Positions 18,361 to 29,688 of a stretch of DNA of 35,480 nucleotides are shown here, piece by piece (position 1 is the first letter of the stretch; each line of letters opens with the position of its first letter). Source of the stretch: Mycobacterium sp. (GTDB lineage: Bacteria; Actinomycetota; Actinomycetes; Mycobacteriales; Mycobacteriaceae); contig JAVROG010000201.1 in assembly GCA_032162865.1 (NCBI GenBank), positions 1 through 35,480 on the forward strand, read 5' to 3'. Position numbers and translations under genes: made by a program. The notes under the pieces are model-generated. The model did no database searches, had not been told where the DNA came from, and was given only the letters and a program-made list of their open reading frames with translations.

Positions 18361-21216
18361 GTGGCAGGTAAGGCCCGCGTACACGAGTTGGCTAAGGAAC
18401 TCGGTGTCACCAGCAAGGAAGTCCTCGCCCGACTGAATGAACAGGGCGAATTCGTCAAATCGGCCTCGTCGACAGTAGAAGCGCCGGTAGCCCGGCGGCT
18501 GCGCGAGGCATTCGGCGGCAGCAAGTCCGCCCCCGAAAAGGCCGCGGCACGAAGCCCGCAAGCAGGCCCCCCGACTGGGGCGTCCAAGGCACCCGACAAG
18601 GTGGCGGCAGCTCCAGCTGCCAGTCCAGCTGCGAAGGCCCCGGATGCGGCTCTCGACCGCGCCCTGGACCAGGCGATCGACAAATCCGCCGGCAACGGCG
18701 CGCCGACCGACGCATCCGTCAAGCCCGCGGCCCCGGGCCGTCCGACCGCCCCGCCGGCATCGGCGGCCGCCAAGCCCGCGCCTCCGGCCCCGCCGGCTCC
18801 CGCGCCGACGGCGCCCGCCCCGGGTCAACCGCCCAGCCCGCAGGCTTCTGCGCCCGGCACGACACCCGGGCCGCGCCCGGGCCCGGCGCCCAAGCCAGGC
18901 GTGCGCACCCCGCGCGTCGGTAACAACCCGTTTTCGTCGGCGCAGCCCGTGGACCGGCCCATCCCGCGTCCGCATCCGCAGGCTCCGCGCCCCGGTGCGC
19001 CGAGGCCTGGTGCGCCGCGACCGGGCGGAGCTTCGCCCGGCAGCATGCCGCCACGTCCCGGCGGCGCCTCCGGTGGACCGCGTCCAGCGCGTACCGGCGG
19101 CGGCCCCCGGCCCGGCGGTGCCCGACCCGGTGGCCCTGGTGGCCCCCGCTCCGATGGCGGCGGCGGTAACTACCGCGGTGGCGGTGGCGGCGGCAACGTC
19201 GGGGCCGCACCCGGCGCCGGCGGCGGCGGTTTCCGTGGCCGTCCCGGTGGTGGTGGTCCCGGTGGCGGCGGCGGTGGTCGTCCCGGCCAGCGCGGTGGAG
19301 CGGCCGGAGCGTTCGGCCGTCCCGGCGGTGCGCCGCGGCGTGGCCGCAAGTCCAAGCGGGCAAAACGCGCCGAGTACGAGAACATGCAGGCGCCGGTCGT
19401 CGGTGGCGTGCGGTTGCCGCACGGCAACGGTGAGACCATCCGGCTGGCCCGCGGCGCATCGCTGAGCGACTTCGCCGACAAGATCAACGCCAACCCGGCC
19501 GCGCTGGTGCAGGCGCTGTTCAACCTCGGCGAGATGGTGACCGCGACCCAATCGGTCGGCGACGAGACGCTGGAATTGCTCGGCGGCGAGATGAATTACG
19601 TCGTCCAGGTCGTCAGTCCCGAGGACGAGGACCGTGAGCTGCTGGAGTCCTTCGACCTGACCTACGGCGAGGACGAAGGCGGCGAGGACGACCTGCAGAC
19701 CCGTCCGCCGGTCGTAACGGTGATGGGTCACGTCGACCACGGCAAGACCCGACTGCTGGACACCATCCGGAAGGCCAACGTCCGCGAGGCCGAGGCCGGC
19801 GGCATCACCCAGCACATCGGTGCTTACCAGGTGAGCGTCGACCACGATGGCAACGAGCGGCCGATCACCTTCATCGACACCCCCGGTCACGAGGCGTTCA
19901 CCGCCATGCGTGCCCGTGGTGCCAAGGCCACCGACATCGCCATCCTGGTGGTCGCGGCCGACGACGGCGTCATGCCCCAGACGGTTGAGGCCATCAACCA
20001 CGCGCAGGCCGCCGATGTGCCGATCGTGGTGGCGGTCAACAAGATCGACAAGGAGGGCGCGGATCCGACCAAGATCCGGTCACAGCTCACCGAATACGGT
20101 CTGGTGGCCGAGGAATTCGGCGGCGACGCGATGTTCGTCGACATCTCGGCCAAACAGGGCACCAACATCGAGGCGCTGCTCGAAGCGGTGCTGCTGACCG
20201 CCGACGCCGCGCTGGACCTGCGTGCCAACCCGGACATGGAGGCTCAGGGTGTTGCCATCGAGGCACATCTGGACCGTGGTCGCGGTCCGGTGGCAACCGT
20301 GTTGATCCAACGCGGCACCCTGCGCGTGGGCGACTCGATCGTCGCCGGTGACGCCTACGGGCGCGTCCGCCGCATGGTCGACGAGCACGGCGACGACGTT
20401 CACGATGCGCTGCCGTCGCGGCCGGTCCAGGTCATCGGCTTCACGTCGGTGCCCGGTGCCGGTGACAACCTGCTGGTGGTCGACGAGGACCGCATCGCCC
20501 GACAGATCGCCGATCGGCGTAGCGCCCGCAAGCGCAACGCCCTGGCGGCACGCAGTCGTAAGCGGATCAGCCTGGAGGACCTGGACTCGGCGCTGAAGGA
20601 AACCAGCCAGCTCAACCTGATCCTCAAGGGCGACAACGCCGGTACCGTCGAGGCGCTGGAAGAGGCCCTGATGGGGATCGAGATCGACGACGAGGTGGCG
20701 CTGCGCGTCATCGACCGCGGGGTCGGTGGCATCACCGAAACCAACGTCAACCTGGCGTCGGCTTCGGATGCGGTGATCATCGGTTTCAACGTGCGCGCAG
20801 AAGGCAAGGCGACCGAGCTGGCCAACCGCGAGGGCGTCGAGATCCGCTACTACTCGGTGATCTACCAGGCGATCGACGAAATTGAGAAGGCCCTGCGCGG
20901 CATGCTCAAGCCGATCTACGAGGAGAACCAGCTGGGCCGCGCGGAGATCCGGGCGATCTTCCGGTCTTCGAAGGTCGGCATCATCGCCGGCTGCATGATC
21001 AGCTCGGGTGTGGTGCGCCGCAATGCCAAGGCTCGGCTGCTGCGGGACAACATCGTGGTCACCGAGAACCTCTCGATTCACTCGCTGCGCCGGGAGAAGG
21101 ACGACGTCACCGAGGTCCGCGAGGGTTTCGAATGCGGTCTGACACTGGGCTACTCGGACATCAAGGAGGGCGACATCATCGAGTCCTTCGAACTCGTTGA
21201 GAAGGCACGGGCATGA
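18361..21216 (+). CDS. infB: Translation initiation factor IF-2
   Basis: [28 protein letters not shown]; Pro/Gly-rich N-terminal region; SD AGGAG. Confidence 0.99.
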   Translation: MAGKARVHELAKELGVTSKEVLARLNEQGEFVKSASSTVEAPVARRLREAFGGSKSAPEKAAARSPQAGPPTGASKAPDKVAAAPAASPAAKAPDAALDRALDQAIDKSAGNGAPTDASVKPAAPGRPTAPPASAAAKPAPPAPPAPAPTAPAPGQPPSPQASAPGTTPGPRPGPAPKPGVRTPRVGNNPFSSAQPVDRPIPRPHPQAPRPGAPRPGAPRPGGASPGSMPPRPGGASGGPRPARTGGGPRPGGARPGGPGGPRSDGGGGNYRGGGGGGNVGAAPGAGGGGFRGRPGGGGPGGGGGGRPGQRGGAAGAFGRPGGAPRRGRKSKRAKRAEYENMQAPVVGGVRLPHGNGETIRLARGASLSDFADKINANPAALVQALFNLGEMVTATQSVGDETLELLGGEMNYVVQVVSPEDEDRELLESFDLTYGEDEGGEDDLQTRPPVVTVMGHVDHGKTRLLDTIRKANVREAEAGGITQHIGAYQVSVDHDGNERPITFIDTPGHEAFTAMRARGAKATDIAILVVAADDGVMPQTVEAINHAQAADVPIVVAVNKIDKEGADPTKIRSQLTEYGLVAEEFGGDAMFVDISAKQGTNIEALLEAVLLTADAALDLRANPDMEAQGVAIEAHLDRGRGPVATVLIQRGTLRVGDSIVAGDAYGRVRRMVDEHGDDVHDALPSRPVQVIGFTSVPGAGDNLLVVDEDRIARQIADRRSARKRNALAARSRKRISLEDLDSALKETSQLNLILKGDNAGTVEALEEALMGIEIDDEVALRVIDRGVGGITETNVNLASASDAVIIGFNVRAEGKATELANREGVEIRYYSVIYQAIDEIEKALRGMLKPIYEENQLGRAEIRAIFRSSKVGIIAGCMISSGVVRRNAKARLLRDNIVVTENLSIHSLRREKDDVTEVREGFECGLTLGYSDIKEGDIIESFELVEKARA

Positions 21217-21228
21217 TGAGCGCCAGGC

Positions 21229-22768
<1,540 letters not shown>

Positions 22769-22774
22769 CCGACC

Positions 22775-24106
22775 TTGACAGAGGCAGGCCGGCCCGCTGT
22801 GGGCGGCCGGCAGATCGCGGCACTGGCGCTGCCCGCGCTCGGGGTGTTAGCCGCCGAACCGTTGTATCTGCTGTTCGACCTTGCGGTGGTGGGCCGGCTT
22901 GGGGCGCTACAGCTCGCGGGCCTGGCGATCGGCAGCCTGATGCTCGGCTTGATCGGCACCCAGTCGGTCTTTCTGTCCTATGCCACGACTTCGCGGTCGG
23001 CCCGCTATTACGGGGCCGGTGACCGTCGGGCGGCGGTCATCGAAGGTGTGCACGCAACCTGGCTGGCGTTGATTCTGGGGGCGTTGGTCGTCGTCGTGGT
23101 GCAGGCCACTGCGGGACCGCTCCTGTCGGTCGTTACCGGAGCAAAAGGCGAGGGGGACGACATTGCCGCGGCGGCCCTGCCATGGCTGCGGATCGCGATC
23201 ATGGGCGCGCCCGCGATTCTGATCTCGCTGGCCGGCAACGGCTGGATGCGCGGCGTCCAGGAGCAGGTAAAGCCACTGCGTTTTGTGGCTGCCGGCTTCT
23301 CGCTCTCGGCGGTGCTCTGCCCGCTGCTGGTGTATGGCTGGCTGGGCTTTCCCCGGTGGGGGCTGGCCGGTTCAGCGGTGGCCAATCTGGTCGGCCAGTG
23401 GGTGGCGGCGGTGCTGTTCCTTGCTGCGTTACTGCATGAGCGGGTGCCGCTGCGGCCGATCCGGTCCGTGCTGCATGCCCAATTGGTGATGGGCCGCGAC
23501 CTGTTCGTGCGGAGCCTGGCCTTTCAAATCTGCTTCGTCTCCGCGGGGGCGGTGGCCGCCAGGTTCGGTGTGGCTGCGCTCGCCGCTCACCAAGTGGTGT
23601 TGCAGCTCTGGACTTTCCTTGCCTTGGTGCTTGATTCGTTAGCCGTCGCGGCGCAGACGCTGGTCGGCGCGGCGCTGGGCGCCGGTGACGCCGCGCATGC
23701 GAAATCGGTGGTCCGCCGGGTGACAGTGTTTTCAACCGCTGCCGCGGGCATATTGGCCAGCATGCTTGCGGTAGGAGCGGCGGTGCTGCCGCAGCTATTC
23801 ACCGAGGACCGGTCCGTGCTTGCGGCGATCGGGGTGCCGTGGTGGTTCATGGTGGCCCAACTGCCGCTCGCCGGAATGGTTTTCGCGCTTGACGGGGTTT
23901 TGCTGGGCGCGGGCGACGCCGCATTCATGCGAACGGCAACTGTGGTCAGTGCGCTGATCGGATTTCTTCCACTGATCTGGTTGTCGTTGGCATACGGCTG
24001 GGGACTGGTAGGTATCTGGTCGGGATTGAGCACCTTTGTGGTGCTGCGGTTGATCTTCGTCGGCTGGCGCACGCTGAGCGGCCGCTGGGTGGTGACGGGC
24101 ACGTAG
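22775..24106 (+). CDS. dinF: MATE-family efflux transporter
   Basis: LAAEPLYLLFDLAVVGRLG, AAHQV, about 12 TM segments; synteny with Rv2836c. Confidence 0.9.
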   Translation: MTEAGRPAVGGRQIAALALPALGVLAAEPLYLLFDLAVVGRLGALQLAGLAIGSLMLGLIGTQSVFLSYATTSRSARYYGAGDRRAAVIEGVHATWLALILGALVVVVVQATAGPLLSVVTGAKGEGDDIAAAALPWLRIAIMGAPAILISLAGNGWMRGVQEQVKPLRFVAAGFSLSAVLCPLLVYGWLGFPRWGLAGSAVANLVGQWVAAVLFLAALLHERVPLRPIRSVLHAQLVMGRDLFVRSLAFQICFVSAGAVAARFGVAALAAHQVVLQLWTFLALVLDSLAVAAQTLVGAALGAGDAAHAKSVVRRVTVFSTAAAGILASMLAVGAAVLPQLFTEDRSVLAAIGVPWWFMVAQLPLAGMVFALDGVLLGAGDAAFMRTATVVSALIGFLPLIWLSLAYGWGLVGIWSGLSTFVVLRLIFVGWRTLSGRWVVTGT

Positions 24107-24281
24107 CTGCCCGACAAGCCGGCTCCCAGAGCAGTCGACCGGCTAGCCCGGCAATGCGGATTGGTGCCAGGCGGGGACCCTGCACTGACCGACGCCACGC
24201 ATCAAATGCGGTGCGTGCGGCGATCCGAGAACTGATCCCCGAATCGCCGGTTCGCAGACAACTTCAGCCGGGGCTCCTCGA

Positions 24282-24287
24282 TACACT
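24282..24287 (+). promoter_or_regulatory. -10 hexamer TACACT, leaderless geometry for ugpA
   Basis: TANNNT 6 nt upstream of GTG 24294. Confidence 0.6.
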
Positions 24288-24293
24288 TCGCCG

Positions 24294-25190
24294 GTGGCCA
24301 CCCAGCGGATTCGGCGCCGGACGTGGGCAGACTACGCGTTGTTCGTCGTCCTGGTGGGCCCCAATGTGGTGCTGCTGGCACTGTTCATCTACCGGCCGCT
24401 GGCCGACAACATCCGACTGTCCTTCTTCGACTGGAACATCTCCGACCCGAAGGCGGAGTTCGTCGGGCTGTCCAACTACGCAGAGTGGTTCACCCGCGAC
24501 GATACCCGCCAGATCGTGCTCAATACGGCGATCTTCACCGTGGCCGCCGTGGTCGGCTCGATGGTGCTGGGGCTGGCGCTCGCCATGTTGCTCGATCAGC
24601 CGTTACATGGGCGAAACCTGGTGCGCTCCACAGTATTTGCGCCATTCGTCATCTCGGGCGCGGCTGTCGGCTTGGCCGCTCAGTTTGTCTTCGACCCACA
24701 TTTCGGCCTGATCCAGGACCTGCTGCGTCGCTTCGGAGTCGGGGTGCCCGACTTTTACCAAAACGCGCACTGGGCGATGTTCATGATCATCGTCACCTAC
24801 ATCTGGAAGAACCTCGGCTACACCTTCGTCATCTACCTGGCGGCATTACAGGGAGTGCGCCGCGACCTGTTGGAAGCGGCTGAGATCGACGGCGCTGGCC
24901 GGTGGACCAAGTTTCGTCGGGTGTTGTTCCCGCAACTGCGGCCCACCACGTTCTTCCTGTCGATCACCGTGCTGATCAACTCACTGCAGGTGTTCGACGT
25001 CATCAACGTCATGACCCGCGGCGGACCGGAGGGCACCGGCACCACCACCATGGTGTACCAGGTGTATCTGGAGACCTTCCGCAACTTCCGCGCCGGTTAC
25101 GGCGCCACCGTGGCCACGATCATGTTCCTGGTCCTATTGGCCGTCACCTACTACCAGGTACGGGTGATGGATCGGGGGCAACACCAATGA
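24294..25190 (+). CDS. ugpA: Glycerophosphodiester ABC transporter permease
   Basis: EAA motif LEAAEIDGA; CUT1 permease; operon order. Confidence 0.92.
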   Translation: MATQRIRRRTWADYALFVVLVGPNVVLLALFIYRPLADNIRLSFFDWNISDPKAEFVGLSNYAEWFTRDDTRQIVLNTAIFTVAAVVGSMVLGLALAMLLDQPLHGRNLVRSTVFAPFVISGAAVGLAAQFVFDPHFGLIQDLLRRFGVGVPDFYQNAHWAMFMIIVTYIWKNLGYTFVIYLAALQGVRRDLLEAAEIDGAGRWTKFRRVLFPQLRPTTFFLSITVLINSLQVFDVINVMTRGGPEGTGTTTMVYQVYLETFRNFRAGYGATVATIMFLVLLAVTYYQVRVMDRGQHQ

Positions 25191-26020
25191 CTTTCGATCG
25201 CGCGCGCCCCGCCCGTCTGCTGGGCTACGCGGCCATGCTCGTGGTCGTTCTGCTGATCGCTGGGCCGATGACGTTCGTGTTCTTCACCTCCTTCAAAAAC
25301 CAGCCCGACATCTATTCGCAGCCGACCGCCTGGTGGCCGCCGCACTGGCATCCGCAGAACTATCAGACCGCCACCCACCAGATTCCGTTCTGGACATTCC
25401 TGCGCAACTCGGTGATCATCACCTCGGCGCTGGCGGTTGTGAAGTTCGTCCTCGGTGTGCTGAGCGCATTTGGTCTGGTGTTCGTGCAATTCCCGGGCCG
25501 CAACGCGGTTTTCCTGCTGATCATCGCCGCGTTGATGGTGCCCAACCAGATCACCGTGATCTCCAACTATGCGCTGATTTCTCAGGCGGGTCTGCGCAAT
25601 ACCTTCCCCGGCATCATCCTGCCGCTGGCCGGTGTCGCATTCGGAACTTTCCTGATGCGCAACCACTTTCTCGCGTTGCCCGCCGAGGTCATCGAGGCCG
25701 CCCGGATGGACGGCGCCCGTTGGTGGCAACTGCTGCTGCGGGTCGTGCTGCCGATGTCGGGACCCACCATGGTGGCGTTCGGCATCATCACCGTGGTCAA
25801 CGAATGGAACGAATACCTGTGGCCGTTCCTGATGTCCGACGATGAGTCCGTAGCGCCGCTGCCGGTGGGGCTCACGTTCCTGCAGCAGGCCGAGGGCGTG
25901 ACCAACTGGGGCCCGGTGATGGCTGTGACGCTGCTGGCTATGCTGCCGATCCTGCTCATCTTCATCGCGTTGCAGCGGCAGATGATCAAAGGACTCACGT
26001 CCGGCGCGGTCAAAGGTTGA
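25187..26020 (+). CDS. ugpE: Glycerophosphodiester ABC transporter permease (start placed at ATG 25187)
   Basis: IEAARMDGA, WNEYLWP; ATGA overlap with ugpA. Confidence 0.92.
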   Translation: MTFDRARPARLLGYAAMLVVVLLIAGPMTFVFFTSFKNQPDIYSQPTAWWPPHWHPQNYQTATHQIPFWTFLRNSVIITSALAVVKFVLGVLSAFGLVFVQFPGRNAVFLLIIAALMVPNQITVISNYALISQAGLRNTFPGIILPLAGVAFGTFLMRNHFLALPAEVIEAARMDGARWWQLLLRVVLPMSGPTMVAFGIITVVNEWNEYLWPFLMSDDESVAPLPVGLTFLQQAEGVTNWGPVMAVTLLAMLPILLIFIALQRQMIKGLTSGAVKG

Positions 26021-27336
26021 CCATGAACCACTCGACCCGCAGACAGTTCCTCGCGCTGGCCGGCGCGGCCACTTTGACGTCAGGCTGCGCGGGGATGGGC
26101 GGCACCGGACCGATCAAGTCCGGAAACGGACCGATTACCTTCTGGTCCAATCACCCTGGCATGTCTACCGTGGTGGAACGGGAACTGATCCGCCGCTTCC
26201 AGGGCGAGTTCACCGGCCTGCAGGTCAAGTTGATCGACGCCGGCAAGGACTACGACGAGGTGGCGCAGAAGTTCAACGCCGCGCTGATCGGCGCCGATAT
26301 TCCCGATATCGTAGTGCTGGACGATATTTGGTGGTTCCATTTTGCGCTCAGCGGTGCCATCAGCCCGCTCGACGACCTGTTCGGGCAAGTCTCGGTTGAT
26401 ACCTCGGACTACGTGGACTCGCTGTTAGGTGATTACGAGTTCGACGGCCACCATTTTGCGTTGCCCTATGCGCGCTCGACGCCGCTGTTCTACTACAACA
26501 AAGTCATGTGGGAACGGGCCGGCCTGCCGGACCGCGGACCGACCTCCTGGCAGGAGTTCAGCGAGTGGGGTCCGCGGCTGCAACACGTTGTCGGCGAGGG
26601 GAACTGGGCACACGGCTGGGCCAATGACGAAGCGATTTCCTGGACCTTCGAAGGTCCGAACTGGGCGTTTGGCGGCGCCTACTCCGACCAGTGGACGCTC
26701 AAGTTCACCGATCCGGCGACCCTCGCGGCGGGCAACTTTCTGCGCGACTCCACGCACGTTAAGCGTTACGCCGCGGTAGCCAACAACGTCGCCAACGAGT
26801 TCGCCACCGGCATCCTGGCCTCCACTGTGGCGTCGACGGGTGCCCTCGTCGGTATCACCGCAGCGGCGAGATTCGACTTCGGTGTGGCGCCGTTGCCCAC
26901 CGGCCCGGGTGGAGGGCCAGCCTGCCCGACCGGCGGGGCCGGACTGGCTATTCCAAGTAAGCTCTCCGAAGAGCGAAAACTTAACGCACTCAAGTTCATC
27001 GCATACATCACCAGCCCGCGGAATACCGCCTATTTCAGTCAGCGCACCGGATATCTCACGGTGCGCAAGTCTGCGGCCGACGATCCAAGCGAACAGCAGT
27101 ACCTGGCCGACAATCCGCGTGCCCGGGTGGCGTTCGATCAGCTCCCGCACACCCGACCGCAGGACTACGCCCGCGTGTTCCTTCCCGGGGGTGACCGCAT
27201 CATCGCGGCCGGCTTGACATCCATCGGACTGAAGGGGTCTGAAGTGAGTGCGACGTTCTCCAGCATCGACAAACAGTTGCAGGTCATCTACGACCGCCAG
27301 ATCAAGCGGAAGCTCCCTGGATCGCACCGTGGCTGA
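26017..27336 (+). CDS. ugpB: ABC substrate-binding Tat lipoprotein; alternative start ATG 26023
   Basis: TRRQFL twin-arginine motif, lipobox TSGC, ALPYARSTPLFYYNK. Confidence 0.92.
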   Translation: MTMNHSTRRQFLALAGAATLTSGCAGMGGTGPIKSGNGPITFWSNHPGMSTVVERELIRRFQGEFTGLQVKLIDAGKDYDEVAQKFNAALIGADIPDIVVLDDIWWFHFALSGAISPLDDLFGQVSVDTSDYVDSLLGDYEFDGHHFALPYARSTPLFYYNKVMWERAGLPDRGPTSWQEFSEWGPRLQHVVGEGNWAHGWANDEAISWTFEGPNWAFGGAYSDQWTLKFTDPATLAAGNFLRDSTHVKRYAAVANNVANEFATGILASTVASTGALVGITAAARFDFGVAPLPTGPGGGPACPTGGAGLAIPSKLSEERKLNALKFIAYITSPRNTAYFSQRTGYLTVRKSAADDPSEQQYLADNPRARVAFDQLPHTRPQDYARVFLPGGDRIIAAGLTSIGLKGSEVSATFSSIDKQLQVIYDRQIKRKLPGSHRG

Positions 27337-28411
27337 AGTGCAGTACAGCGCGGTCACATACCGCTATCCCGGCGCCGACGAGCCCGCGGTGGACAACCTG
27401 GACCTCGACATCGCCGACGGGGAGTTCCTGGTGCTCGTCGGCCCTTCCGGTTGTGGCAAGTCCACCACCTTGCGGATGCTGGCCGGGCTGGAATCCGTTG
27501 AGAGCGGCCGTATCACGATCGGGGGCACCGACGTCACCCAACTGCCGCCGCGGGCTCGTGACGTGGCGATGGTGTTCCAGAATTACGCCCTGTACCCGAA
27601 CATGACGGTGGCCGCAAACATGGGGTTTGCGCTGCGCAACGCCGGCGTCTCGAAGGCGGACACCCGGCAACGCGTGCACGAGGTAGCCGCCATGCTGGAA
27701 CCGACTGAGCTGCTTGACCGTAAGCCGGCGAAGCTGTCCGGAGGCCAGCGTCAGCGGGTGGCGATGGGACGGGCGATCGTGCGCCGGCCCCAGGTGTTCT
27801 GCATGGACGAGCCACTGTCGAATCTGGATGCCAAGCTCCGGGTCAGCACCCGGTCGCAAATCTCGGGGCTACAGCGTCAGCTGGGCACCACCACCGTCTA
27901 CGTCACGCACGACCAGGTGGAGGCGATGACGATGGGGGATCGGGTCGCAGTACTCAAAGATGGTGTGCTGCAACAGGTTGATACGCCGCGGGCGCTGTAC
28001 GACAACCCGGTCAACACCTTTGTCGCTACCTTCATCGGGGCTCCGTCGATGAACCTCATCGACGCCGTTGTCGCCGACGGTGTGGTGAAATCACCCGACC
28101 TGGCGATCGCCGTGCCGCGCGGAACGGTCGACCGTGTGCTGCTCGGTGTTCGGCCGGAGTCTTGGGACGTTGTGCCGGTGGGCACACCGGCATCATTGAC
28201 AGTGCACGTCGAACTGGTGGAGGAACTCGGATTCGAGTCCTTCGTCTACGCAAGGCCGTTGGATGAGGACGAGTGGTCGTCGCGGGCACACCGCATCGTG
28301 TTCCGCACCGACCGTCGCACCGCGGTGCATGTCGGTGAGTCGTTGGCGATCTCGCCGCACCCGGACGAAGTACGGTTCTTTGACAGCCGGACCGAGGCCC
28401 GGATCGGTTAG
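27329..28411 (+). CDS. ugpC: ABC transporter ATPase (start placed at GTG 27329)
   Basis: GPSGCGKS, VFQNYALYP, LSGGQ, MDEPLSNLD, YVTHDQ. Confidence 0.95.
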   Translation: MAEVQYSAVTYRYPGADEPAVDNLDLDIADGEFLVLVGPSGCGKSTTLRMLAGLESVESGRITIGGTDVTQLPPRARDVAMVFQNYALYPNMTVAANMGFALRNAGVSKADTRQRVHEVAAMLEPTELLDRKPAKLSGGQRQRVAMGRAIVRRPQVFCMDEPLSNLDAKLRVSTRSQISGLQRQLGTTTVYVTHDQVEAMTMGDRVAVLKDGVLQQVDTPRALYDNPVNTFVATFIGAPSMNLIDAVVADGVVKSPDLAIAVPRGTVDRVLLGVRPESWDVVPVGTPASLTVHVELVEELGFESFVYARPLDEDEWSSRAHRIVFRTDRRTAVHVGESLAISPHPDEVRFFDSRTEARIG

Positions 28412-28437
28412 GGTGTGTCTGGCAGCAGATACACACC
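28412..28437. terminator. Hairpin directly after the ugpC stop, in the convergent ugpC/echA16 spacer
   Basis: GGTGTGTCTG pairs with CAGATACACACC (2-nt bulge); no U-tract. Confidence 0.4.
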
Positions 28438-28568
28438 TGTCCGCCTTCAAGCGACAACTCGGGCGAATTCGCCTGCGGCTCAACGTATTGTCGCTGCGAG
28501 GCGGGCATCCGGGTAGCCGCCGATCCTAGCGACGCAGGTGGCCACGAAACTCCGAGTCCGCCGGCTGC

Positions 28569-29318
28569 TCAACGCACCTGCGAGCGTCCTCGTTGCAGCA
28601 CCGCCTCGCGGTTGGCGGCGATGTCGTCGCCGCTGGTCCGGAACTGCCGGGCAGCGGTGGCCTCCAGCCAGAGCCCCCCGCCGGTCTGTGCGTCGTCGAT
28701 CCGGTGATACGACGCCAGCAGCGCGCGCACCGCGCCCTGGTTGTTTCCGACGATGGATGCCGCAACCTGCCGAGCGGCGGCCAGCAGTTGGTCGTGCGGC
28801 ACCACCTCGGTGACCAGGCCGGCGCGCAACGCGTCGGTGGCCGAGAGGTAGTCGCCGGTCATGCTCATCCGTCGGGCCAGGCCCACGCCCACCTTCTGAG
28901 GTAGTCGCACACTGAGCCCCCAGGTCGGCAACAGACCGACTCGGGCGTGCGTGTCGGCGAAGCGTGCCTGCTCGGAGGCGATCAGGATGTCGCAGTACAG
29001 CGCCACCTCCAGTCCGCCGGTCACCGCGGCACCGTTGATCGCGCCGATCACCGGTTTGGTCATGGCCGGCCACCGCGGCGAAATGTCGGGCAGCGCGGTT
29101 TGCCCACCCAGTTCCTTGAGATCGAGTCCGGCGCAGAACACGGGATCGGCGCCGGTGACGATGACGACATCGACGTCCTCGTCGGTCTCTGCGTCGGACA
29201 ACGCGCCGAAAAACTGGTCCCGCAGCGCAGTGGACAGCGCGTTGCGGGACTGCGGGCGGTTCAGGGTCAGGGTGCGTACCCGTTGGTCGGTCTCGATCAG
29301 CAGGATCTCGTCGGTCAT
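28569..29318 (-). CDS. echA16: Enoyl-CoA hydratase/isomerase family protein
   Basis: LNRPQSRNAL, FCAGLDLK, AINGAAVTGGLE, FADTH; synteny with Rv2831. Confidence 0.9.
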   Translation of the reverse strand: MTDEILLIETDQRVRTLTLNRPQSRNALSTALRDQFFGALSDAETDEDVDVVIVTGADPVFCAGLDLKELGGQTALPDISPRWPAMTKPVIGAINGAAVTGGLEVALYCDILIASEQARFADTHARVGLLPTWGLSVRLPQKVGVGLARRMSMTGDYLSATDALRAGLVTEVVPHDQLLAAARQVAASIVGNNQGAVRALLASYHRIDDAQTGGGLWLEATAARQFRTSGDDIAANREAVLQRGRSQVR

Positions 29319-29324
29319 CAGTTC

Positions 29325-29355
29325 ACCGTAGCCAAGTCCGTTCCGCGCCTATCGT
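29325..29355. promoter_or_regulatory. Back-to-back leaderless-type promoters: TACGGT (-, 29325-29330) and TATCGT (+, 29350-29355)
   Basis: Each TANNNT lies 6-7 nt before its start codon within a 44-bp divergent spacer. Confidence 0.55.
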
Positions 29356-29362
29356 GGACACC

Positions 29363-29632
29363 ATGTGCCGGAATATCACCGAACTACGCGGGCTGGAGCC
29401 GCCGGCCACAGCCCAGGAGATCGCGGCCGCGGCGCGCCAATATGTGCGCAAGGTCAGCGGGATCACCCATCCGTCAGCGGCCAACGCCGACGCGTTCGAA
29501 GCTGCCGTCGCCGAGGTCACTGCCACGACCACGCGGCTGCTCGACGCGCTGCCGCCGCGGCGCCAGCCGCCCAAGGCCGTCCCGCCGCTGCGCCGGCCCG
29601 AGGTTGTGGCGCGGCTCGCGAGATCGCAGTGA
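29363..29632 (+). CDS. DUF2277-family small protein (Rv2828A-like; start placed at ATG 29363)
   Basis: MCRNITELRG and AARQYVRKVSG patterns. Confidence 0.85.
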   Translation: MCRNITELRGLEPPATAQEIAAAARQYVRKVSGITHPSAANADAFEAAVAEVTATTTRLLDALPPRRQPPKAVPPLRRPEVVARLARSQ

Positions 29633-29688
29633 CGGAGACGCTCAGATAATGACGACGACGCTCAAAAGATGACAACAGCGCTCAAAGA
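29629..29688 (+). repeat. 3 x 20-bp tandem repeat of the DUF1802 gene start, forming two coupled micro-ORFs
   Basis: GTGACGGAGACGCTCAGATA / ATGACGACGACGCTCAAAAG / ATGACAACAGCGCTCAAAGA. Confidence 0.85.

Noticed and set aside
18700-19340. Gly/Pro-rich low-complexity region with 3 x APRPG repeats (18982-19026), superficially PE_PGRS-like
   Set aside because: Normal N-terminal region of actinobacterial IF2, in frame with the GTPase domain
24107-24293. ORF 24154-24711 or an sRNA in the dinF-ugpA spacer
   Set aside because: The ORF overlaps ugpA out of frame with no motifs, and no convincing structure or terminator is visible
29629-29688. Possible mini-CRISPR array, suggested by periodic repeats near the Mtb CRISPR position
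   Set aside because: Units are contiguous 20-mers with no spacers, are copies of a coding start, and no cas genes are present
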